This document shows, piece by piece, positions 44,686-51,485 of a stretch of DNA of 51,485 nucleotides (position 1 is its first letter; the number at the start of each line of letters is the position of its first letter). Under the pieces are notes generated by a model. That model searched no databases. It was not told where the DNA came from and saw only the letters and a program-made list of their open reading frames with translations. This stretch comes from Chloroflexota bacterium (GTDB lineage Bacteria; Chloroflexota; Dehalococcoidia; SZUA-161; SpSt-899): the NCBI GenBank assembly GCA_018657655.1, contig JABHWQ010000464.1, positions 1 to 51,485 on the forward strand, written 5' to 3'. The translations under genes and the position numbers were made by a program.

Positions 44686-47406
44686 ATGGTCGTAGATAGA
44701 GCTAAGTTGGAGAAGTACAAAACAGCCGTGATACTTAAGGATGGTTCTACCTTATATCTTCGACCTGTCGTACCGGAAGATGAGGAAAGGCTACTTGCTC
44801 TTTTTTCACGTCTGAGTCGCCATAGCGTTTATTTAAGGTTCCACCACGTGTTAAACCAGATGTCAAAAGAAGAAGCCAAGAGGTTTTGCGCTGTGGATTA
44901 TGATAATGATTTTGCCCTGGCAGCGACTCTTGGAGATGTAGGGGAAGAAAGGATCATTGCGGTGGGACATTTCTATCGAATGCCTGTCGGCGATCTGGCC
45001 GAAGCTGCCTTCGTGGTCGAAGATGCATATCAGGGCAAGGGAATCGGGTCCCATTTATTGGAGCAACTGGCCGTGATAGCTAGAGAAATGGGGATCAGGA
45101 CATTTGAGGCATCTGTGCTCTCTGAGAACCGAGAGATGATGCAGGTACTGGAGCATAGCGGTTTCTACATAGCAGAAGAACTGGAATCGGGTGTGTATCA
45201 AATGGAAATGGATCTCGCTCCGACTCCGACTGTTGAGAGGATGTCTGCAGAGAGAGAAAAAGTTGCTTCCATAGCTTCATTGCAAGCTTTTCTTAAACCT
45301 CACTCAATTGCGGTTATTGGGGCGTCACAAAGAAAGGCTAGTATTGGCAACAGGATATTTCATAATCTATTGCAGCAGGAATTGAATGGTGTTGTATATC
45401 CGGTTAATCCCAGCACTAAAGTGGTCTGCTCGGTGAGTACGTATCCTTCGGTTCTGGATATCCCTGGCGAGGTTGATCTGGCGATAGTCATCGTTCCGGC
45501 AAAAGGGGTTTATAAGGTGGTGCAAGAATGTGGGAGGAAAGGTGTAAAAGGGGTTGTGATAATTTCAGCTGGATTCGGGGAAACTGGTATAGAGGGAATG
45601 GAAAGACAGCAAAAGCTGTTAGACATGGCTCGCAGTCACGGAATGCGTATTGTAGGACCAAACTGCATGGGAGTTATCAACACCGACCCGGAAGTGAATA
45701 TGAATGCCACTTTTTCCCCTGTATTTCCGCCGGTAGGAAACGTTGCAATGGCAAGCCAAAGTGGCGCCTTGGGATTGGCCATCTTAGAGTATGCACAGAG
45801 CTTGAATATTGGGATGTCCACTTTTGTCAGTGTGGGCAACAGGGCGGATGTATCCAGTAATGATCTGATGCAGTATTGGCAAGATGATCCAATGACCGAT
45901 GTGATATTGCTATATCTGGAATCATTTGGTAATCCGCTTAAATTTGGGGGAATCGCTCGGAGGGTGTCGGCAATGAAGCCTGTCGTGGCTGTGAAAAGCG
46001 GTCGGACTCTGGCTGGTTCAAGAGCAGCAGCATCACATACCGGGGCATTGGCTACTACTGAGGTAGCTTCTGATGCATTGTTTAAACAGGCAGGCATTGT
46101 GAGAGTTGACTCGCTGGAACAACTGTTCGATGTGGCTAACCTGCTGGCACATCAACCGTTGCCAAAGGGAAGGAGAGTAGCAATTCTGACAAACGGCGGA
46201 GGCCCTGCAATCCTGACTGCCGATGCATGTGCATCCCGAGGGCTGGAACTACCTGCCTTGTCATCGAGTACTTTATCGAAACTTAAGAGATTTCTGCCGA
46301 AAGAAGCCACCTTTGCCAATCCAATAGATATGACGGCTGGCCCCGGTGCCAAGGAATACAGCAAAGCTCTAAAGATTCTGGCGGAAGATGACAACATCGA
46401 TATTCTGATTGTTATTTTTATTCCTCCAATAGTGACTGATCCTGAGGCAATCGCCAAGGTCATAAGGGAAGTTGGACCTGAGTTTCGTAGAAAAGGTAAG
46501 ACCATGGTGGCATCGTTCATGAGTTCACGCGGCGCTCCATCAGAATTGGGGTCGAAGGAAGAAGGGTACGTTCCAACCTTTACGTTTCCTGAGGCCACAG
46601 CTGGGGCACTTGCCAAGGCTTGTGAGTATAGCGAATGGCTGAAACGACCTAGTGGTACAATCCCTAAATTTACGGATATTGATAGAAGAAAGGCCGCCAA
46701 AATAGTCGAAACGGCTTTGGAGAAGAATAAAACGAGGCCGCTCTGGTTAAGGGCTTCATCGGCAGTTGAGTTGCTGGATGCCTATGGTATTAAAGTAGTT
46801 CCGACAAGGATTGCTGAAACAGCCGAACAAGCGGCTGATGTGGCGGAAGAAATGGGTTTTCCGGTGTGTATAAAGCTACTATCTAAAACAATAACCCATA
46901 AGACGGAAGTTGGTGGGGTGGCGCTTGATCTTCGCACAAGGGGAGAAGTGGAGCAGTCTTTTGCTCGTATCAGGCATCGCCTGGAGAACGAAGGAAGAGG
47001 GCTAGAGATGAGGGGGGTAATCGTCCAGAAGATGATTAGGGGAGGATTAGAGGTAATAGTCGGGGTGACTCAAGACCCATCTTTTGGTCCATTGATACTG
47101 TTTGGATATGGAGGGATTTATACCGAACTGTACAAAGATGTTGCTTTTCGTATTCATCCGCTAACTGATCTTGATGCTAAAGAGATGATGCGTTCGGTGA
47201 AGGCTTATCAACTGTTAGAAGGGTGGAGAGGAGCAAAACGCGCTGATATAGAATCAATAGAAGAGCTTTTGATGCGTATTTCGGCAATGGTTGAAGACAT
47301 TCCTCAAATTGTGGAACTCGATCTCAACCCGGTGAAAGTCAAGGTGGAAGGGAAAGGGTATGCAGCGGTAGACGCCCGAATTATGCTATCTGAACCTCTA
47401 TTATAG
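44686..47406 (+). CDS. GNAT acetyltransferase fused to ADP-forming acetyl-CoA synthetase-like (CoA-binding + ligase-CoA + ATP-grasp) protein
   Basis: 906 aa. It has an N-terminal GNAT (VVEDAYQGKGIGSHLLE), a CoA-binding Rossmann (SIAVIGASQRKASIGN), and a C-terminal ATP-grasp (GFPVCIKLLSKTITHKTEVGGV). Confidence 0.8.
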   Translation: MVVDRAKLEKYKTAVILKDGSTLYLRPVVPEDEERLLALFSRLSRHSVYLRFHHVLNQMSKEEAKRFCAVDYDNDFALAATLGDVGEERIIAVGHFYRMPVGDLAEAAFVVEDAYQGKGIGSHLLEQLAVIAREMGIRTFEASVLSENREMMQVLEHSGFYIAEELESGVYQMEMDLAPTPTVERMSAEREKVASIASLQAFLKPHSIAVIGASQRKASIGNRIFHNLLQQELNGVVYPVNPSTKVVCSVSTYPSVLDIPGEVDLAIVIVPAKGVYKVVQECGRKGVKGVVIISAGFGETGIEGMERQQKLLDMARSHGMRIVGPNCMGVINTDPEVNMNATFSPVFPPVGNVAMASQSGALGLAILEYAQSLNIGMSTFVSVGNRADVSSNDLMQYWQDDPMTDVILLYLESFGNPLKFGGIARRVSAMKPVVAVKSGRTLAGSRAAASHTGALATTEVASDALFKQAGIVRVDSLEQLFDVANLLAHQPLPKGRRVAILTNGGGPAILTADACASRGLELPALSSSTLSKLKRFLPKEATFANPIDMTAGPGAKEYSKALKILAEDDNIDILIVIFIPPIVTDPEAIAKVIREVGPEFRRKGKTMVASFMSSRGAPSELGSKEEGYVPTFTFPEATAGALAKACEYSEWLKRPSGTIPKFTDIDRRKAAKIVETALEKNKTRPLWLRASSAVELLDAYGIKVVPTRIAETAEQAADVAEEMGFPVCIKLLSKTITHKTEVGGVALDLRTRGEVEQSFARIRHRLENEGRGLEMRGVIVQKMIRGGLEVIVGVTQDPSFGPLILFGYGGIYTELYKDVAFRIHPLTDLDAKEMMRSVKAYQLLEGWRGAKRADIESIEELLMRISAMVEDIPQIVELDLNPVKVKVEGKGYAAVDARIMLSEPLL

Positions 47407-47422
47407 GAATTGGGCTATTCCT
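47405..47422. terminator. Weak hairpin between convergent genes
   Basis: The hairpin aggaat-tgggct-attcct overlaps the stop codon of the 906-aa gene and is followed by ttcgtt. Confidence 0.25.
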
Positions 47423-47438
47423 TTCGTTGGACTAACTA

Positions 47439-47759
47439 CTACATGTTGTGTTTTGTGACTTTCGTTCCTCGAACTCCCTTGGTTATGTCCTGATACGAAA
47501 CCGCAACAAGGGCAACTGCATGTTGGAGCAAGCGGTAAAAGAGCGTTCCCGCAATCACCGAGGTCCATTCCTGGTCTATCGATTGACAATTTGGACACAT
47601 GGGACGTGGTGGACTAAGAAATGAACCACATGATTTGCATTTCTGAAGTAAAAGCTTACCCTCTTTGACTCCGTCCCAGAAAGGTGTACTGCTGCGGCAA
47701 AGCACGTGCCACTGGGCCGGATGAGGGATTCTCTGTTCGGGATTATATTCAACTGTCAT
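47439..47759 (-). CDS. DUF35-type Zn-ribbon/OB-fold protein, short (C-terminal OB fold apparently truncated)
   Basis: 106 aa. FWDGVKEGKLLLQKCKSCGSFLSPPRPMCPNCQS is the DUF35 rubredoxin-like ribbon. The following OB-fold segment is abbreviated, and no thiolase-like partner gene is adjacent. Confidence 0.55.
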   Translation of the reverse strand: MTVEYNPEQRIPHPAQWHVLCRSSTPFWDGVKEGKLLLQKCKSCGSFLSPPRPMCPNCQSIDQEWTSVIAGTLFYRLLQHAVALVAVSYQDITKGVRGTKVTKHNM

Positions 47760-48113
47760 TACTACCTCCTCAGAATATGACTACAATTGAATTTGCTGCA
47801 AAGTCCAGAATATCATCTTTTCCAGAGCTGGTTTCCTGGGATTCAGAAACCCTGAGGACTAGCATAATAGCTGGATCAGTTTTTGGGGAACCCTCACTTC
47901 ATCCCAGCTCTAACATTGGGAGTGGCACAACGATAGGGGGCAGGCCAAGAACGGCACTATATCAAGTTAGACAGCGACGATTTTCCCAAATTACTCTCTT
48001 GTTGATTTCGCATATAAAACCACGTACGAAGGTGATCCTCGATAAACTGTGTTCTGAGTTGGCTTTGTCCATTTCGAATAATGCACTTCTTAGAAGGAAG
48101 AAGCTGAGGTTTG

Positions 48114-48767
48114 TTAGGTATCCAAGTCAATTATTCCTCTGCGCAAGGCGTACTTAACAATACCGATACGACTGCGGATATGCAGCTTGGCCATGATGTG
48201 TTGCCTATGGTTCATTACTGTGTTGACGCTGATAGACAGCATGCTGGCTATCTCGGTATCGCTGTATTCTTCAGCAGCCAATTTCAGTATCTCGCGCTCC
48301 CGGGGCGTAAGCGTTTCATAGTCGTCATGGATATCTTGTCTTTTGTCACGGTATCCATCTACCAGAACCCGTGTCATCGATGGGGACAAATATGATTCCC
48401 CATTGTATACAGTGTATATTGCCGAGACCAGGTCTGAAGCCACCGCGTGCTTCGGGATGCAACCCAACGCCCCAGCTTCAATGCTGGCCAGGACATACTC
48501 TGGATTTTTGTGCTGGGTCAGTATGAGCATCTTGACATCAGGATGTTCCTTGTGTATGCGGCGAGTAGCCTCAAGCCCATCCAGCTTTGGCATGGCCACA
48601 TCCATTACTACAACATCGGGCAATAGTTCCTTCACTTTTAGTATGGCGTCCGTGCCGTCAGTCGCTTCACCGACAACCTCGATATCATCGATTGCCTCCA
48701 AAAGAGCACGAATCCCCTCCAGTACAATCGGATGATCGTCAACTGACAACACGCGAATAGTGGACAT
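48114..48767 (-). CDS. NarL/LuxR-family response regulator
   Basis: The receiver domain reads IRVLSVDDHPIV...VVVMDVAMP...KMLILT. The C-terminal LuxR HTH is LTPREREILKLAAEEYSDTEIASMLSISVNTVMNHRQHI. The ATG at 48767 (GAGGGA RBS) is preferred over the track start at 48815. Confidence 0.9.
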   Translation of the reverse strand: MSTIRVLSVDDHPIVLEGIRALLEAIDDIEVVGEATDGTDAILKVKELLPDVVVMDVAMPKLDGLEATRRIHKEHPDVKMLILTQHKNPEYVLASIEAGALGCIPKHAVASDLVSAIYTVYNGESYLSPSMTRVLVDGYRDKRQDIHDDYETLTPREREILKLAAEEYSDTEIASMLSISVNTVMNHRQHIMAKLHIRSRIGIVKYALRRGIIDLDT

Positions 48768-48777
48768 AACATTTCCC

Positions 48778-50580
48778 TCATTCCAAGGGTATTTCGACTT
48801 TGATCCGAGTTCCAATGCCGTGCTGTGAATTTATCCCGAAAGTCCCTCCGAGGATTTCAGACCTCTCCCGCATGTTGACCAACCCCATCCCTCGTTTTTT
48901 TAGTTTTGGATCTTTAACCTCTTGAAAATCGAATCCTTTGCCGTCATCCTTGATGTCCAGCAACACGACATTTTCGGCAAATTCGAGTTTGATGTGTATG
49001 CTCTCTGCTGCAGCATGTCTGACCACATTCGTGGTGGCCTCCTGGATAATCCGAAATAGCGCTACTTCGACCTCAGATGGCAATCTTCGTTTACTGCCGG
49101 AAACATCAAAACTTGCACGAATCCCTGCTCTCTCCAGGTGCCTCGCTGTGTGGGACCGGACCGCCGCCGCAAGTCCCAGATCGTCCAGAACCGTAGGCCG
49201 AAGCTCGTAAATAATTCCTCGGATATCACCCAACATTTCAGTAAGCGACAGTTGCACTTCCTCCAGCCTGGAGGTGACTGAAGGGCTCGCTAATGACAGG
49301 TCATTCATTGCGGCCTGGATCTTGGCTGAAACTCCGGTGAGAATCTGGCTGGTCTGATCGTGCAATTCCCGCGCAATACGGTGGCGTTCCTCTTCCTGCG
49401 CCATGATCGAGTGCCTGAGCGCATCCTCAATGGTTGCTTTTCTGCGCTGAAGTTCCTCGTACAACACAGCGTTCTCAATGCCTGTAGTGACCGCGTGGCC
49501 GATGGTCACCAGAAAGTGTCGGTCCTCGGGAGAAAACCCGCGTTCCGCGCTAGAAAACACACACATCATACCCAGTGCCTTCCCCTTGGTTTTCAGTGGG
49601 ACGTGAATGACCGTATCCAGGCTACCTGAGATTTCTCCATCAGGGATCATGGCACTGATCAGGTGCATCGACGCATTCAGGGGTTCAAGGATTGCCTCAT
49701 CCGATGATTGATCGAAGCGTTCCACGATAGCCTTGGCAATTGAGTGTGGGACAACTGGGTTGAGATACTTGTCGCCCATCTTTAAGACAGCCTGAGTTAT
49801 TGTGAAATCACCCTCAATAGCCTGAAAAATGATGAAACCGTGGGTAAGGTTAAGCATTTTCAGCGTCTTGTCGATGACGCTGTTGAGTATGTCATTCATA
49901 TCAAGGGACTGGCTTATCGTTCGCGAAATGGCATTCAGCCCCATTAACTGTCGATTGCGCTCCGCGATTTGCTCGTCCGCGCGCTTGCGCATCAAAGCAT
50001 TTGCCATCATCTCCCCCACTATTTTAAGCAAGGTGATACTCTCACCTGTCCAAATCCTCAGAGATCTCACGGAGTCAAATCCAACAGCCCCAATAACCGT
50101 TCCGCTATATAGCATGTTGACCGTGACCAATGATTGTATTCGTTGTGCTTCGAGGAATACCCTTGCGTCTTGGAGTTCCGGGGGTATATCGGCCGTACGA
50201 GGGATGTACAGCGCCCCAGACTGCTCAAATTGTTCTGCAATCTTCGTCCACATTGGGTGGATTGGAATATTCTGGCTGTTTTTGACCAGTGACTCAATAC
50301 CATCGGCGCACCACTCATGGGTGTTGCTTACCTTGGTTCTATCATCAGAAAACAGCGAAACATAGCTTCGATCAACGCCTACGAACTCTCCAATAGCCTT
50401 CAACGCATCATATATCCCCTGATCGACTTCCTCGGCGGCCAGATTGATGAAATTCGTTGACATTTCGGCGATCAGCCGTTCAAATCTGATCCGCCACTCA
50501 AGTTCATTTTTCAGCAGCATAAATCGCCTCACCCCAGTTGCCAAATCGAGTTCGAAAGGATGCATGGTGGTCGTTGCCAA
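48778..50580 (-). CDS. Cytoplasmic dual-GAF sensor histidine kinase (HisKA_3/NarX-LiaS type)
   Basis: 600 aa with no TM helices and two GAF-like regions. The H-box is EERHRIARELHDQTSQ, followed by a C-terminal HATPase (DDGKGF...GMGLVNMRERSEILGG). Confidence 0.85.
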   Translation of the reverse strand: MATTTMHPFELDLATGVRRFMLLKNELEWRIRFERLIAEMSTNFINLAAEEVDQGIYDALKAIGEFVGVDRSYVSLFSDDRTKVSNTHEWCADGIESLVKNSQNIPIHPMWTKIAEQFEQSGALYIPRTADIPPELQDARVFLEAQRIQSLVTVNMLYSGTVIGAVGFDSVRSLRIWTGESITLLKIVGEMMANALMRKRADEQIAERNRQLMGLNAISRTISQSLDMNDILNSVIDKTLKMLNLTHGFIIFQAIEGDFTITQAVLKMGDKYLNPVVPHSIAKAIVERFDQSSDEAILEPLNASMHLISAMIPDGEISGSLDTVIHVPLKTKGKALGMMCVFSSAERGFSPEDRHFLVTIGHAVTTGIENAVLYEELQRRKATIEDALRHSIMAQEEERHRIARELHDQTSQILTGVSAKIQAAMNDLSLASPSVTSRLEEVQLSLTEMLGDIRGIIYELRPTVLDDLGLAAAVRSHTARHLERAGIRASFDVSGSKRRLPSEVEVALFRIIQEATTNVVRHAAAESIHIKLEFAENVVLLDIKDDGKGFDFQEVKDPKLKKRGMGLVNMRERSEILGGTFGINSQHGIGTRIKVEIPLE

Positions 50581-50902
50581 TTGCTCTTCTCAACCTCAAT
50601 CGATGTCACACTGCCTATTTCCTGCAAAACAAGAGATGTGTGATTGGATTATATACTTCCAAGCAAGTTGAGGCAACACTCAAGGTATGAGACTAGAACA
50701 TAGTGGTGAGGGATAGAAGTCTGTTACGAAGCATTTTGGACATTTGAGCAGAAGCGATTAGTTGATTCGGCAATTACATTGATGTTGCGGGAGTATAGTA
50801 AAGATCGTTGCAAAGGGGTCTGGTATCATTATGCTCAGCGCCAGCCTTTACCTGGCCATTCTGAAGAAATCCCTGCGCTTCTCGCAAAGACAATTAGTAA
50901 TT

Positions 50903-50946
50903 CTTAACCCCCTCTAATGGTGGAATCCACCATTGTCGGGGTTAAG
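50903..50946. promoter_or_regulatory. Nested 44-nt palindrome in the divergent intergenic region
   Basis: The sequence is cttaacccc-ctct-aatggtgg-aat-ccaccatt-gtc-ggggttaag, giving a 9-bp outer and an 8-bp inner perfect stem with no following T-run. Confidence 0.4.
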
Positions 50947-51067
50947 GGCGGGGAATATACTTAGTGGCAAATATAGATACGGAACGAGTCCACAGGTCGA
51001 TTCAATGGTGGTCCGTCCCGGTTGTGGATGGTTTGTCCGTACAACTCACATCAATAAGGAGGGAACC

Positions 51068-51485
51068 ATGAAAAGAGTATCTGGAATTGGATTCATTCTG
51101 ATGGCGGCACTGCTGTTGGCGCTGCCGCTCATGGCCGCCTGCGGCGGAGATAGTGAGACAGAGTCGGAGTCGGCGACTACCATCCCTGCGACATCAGCCA
51201 AGCCGGAGCCGGCGACTACGATCCCTGCGACATCAGCCAAGCCGGAGGGGACCTTGACAATCGCCCTGTCCCAGTTAAGCGTCGATCCTTTCCTGGGCCC
51301 CCTGGGAGATGGGGCGGTAAGCAATAGGACGGTGTGGGCGTACGCATTCGATTTCCTGGTCTGCGCCAAGAGCGATGGGTCGGGCTATGCCCCCTGGCTG
51401 GCCGAATCGTGGGAAATCGCGCCGGACGGCTCCAGCGTCACCTTCCATTTGAGGCCTGGGGTGCAATTTCATGACGGCTGGGGGG
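51068..51485 (+). CDS. ABC transporter substrate-binding lipoprotein (family 5, peptide/nickel type), 5-prime partial
   Basis: An AAGGAGGG RBS precedes the start. My hand translation is MKRVSGIGFILMAALLLALPLMAACGG (lipobox)...WLAESWEIAPDGSSVTFHLRPGVQFHDGWG, the typical SBP_bac_5 N-terminal motif. The ORF runs off the window end. Confidence 0.8.
   Translation, partial: MKRVSGIGFILMAALLLALPLMAACGGDSETESESATTIPATSAKPEPATTIPATSAKPEGTLTIALSQLSVDPFLGPLGDGAVSNRTVWAYAFDFLVCAKSDGSGYAPWLAESWEIAPDGSSVTFHLRPGVQFHDGWG
51171..51248 (+). repeat. 39-bp tandem duplication (2 copies) in the SBP linker
   Basis: cggcgactac(c/g)atccctgcgacatcagccaagccggag(c/g) occurs twice back to back, encoding ATTIPATSAKPE twice. 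Confidence 0.9.

Noticed and set aside
47684-48157. 157-aa + strand ORF between the DUF35 gene and the response regulator
   Set aside because: It overlaps the 5-prime end of the DUF35 gene and the 3-prime end of the regulator on the opposite strand, and it has no recognisable domain. It is likely spurious.
1-51485. Mobile element, prophage, defence system or toxin-antitoxin content
   Set aside because: - No transposase, integrase, recombinase, phage structural, restriction/modification, Cas or toxin-antitoxin-like ORF can be recognised in any frame.
- The only mobility hints are the hairpin repeats and the two truncated genes.

Overview
This is a bacterial chromosomal window. S21 (rpsU), tmk, apt, hpt, a NarL-type two-component pair and a lipoprotein SBP mark the right-hand ~10 kb as core genome. 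GC is roughly mid-40s % by eye. I ran no homology searches, so all family calls rest on motifs I can read in the translations.

Positions ~150-40,950 form one very large surface-glycan biosynthesis island, arranged as two convergent, tightly packed super-operons (+ strand 148-19,757; - strand 40,932-19,949). Its modules are:
- DUF1616-like, DUF2206-like and Wzx membrane proteins.
- A CDP-hexose module (rfbF, rfbG, and an E1-type 3-dehydrase with an intact Fe-S motif) interleaved with a NeuB-SAF-cupin fusion, a HAD phosphatase and an acetolactate-synthase-like ThDP enzyme.
- A block of one C-methyltransferase-like enzyme plus three different radical-SAM enzymes. I think this is the most novel part.
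- A split transketolase with an aldo/keto reductase (AKR), an acetyltransferase and a UXS-like SDR.
- A complete WbpA/B/E/D-type diacetamido-uronic-acid module, followed by a GT2, a deacetylase-like protein, a FemAB-like protein, a B12-radical-SAM enzyme, tandem DUF354 genes, a sugar 6-dehydrogenase, an FkbM methyltransferase and an AsnB-like amidotransferase.
- A Pro/Thr-rich, C-terminally anchored surface protein at the operon head.

Two clusters of GC-rich hairpin repeats (about 5.0-5.1 kb and 27.25-27.52 kb) share a ~40-49 nt segment in inverted orientation.

I found no rRNA, tRNA, CRISPR array, transposase or integrase. I also saw no initiating phosphoglycosyltransferase, Wzy, Wzz or E3 (DdhD) reductase in the window.
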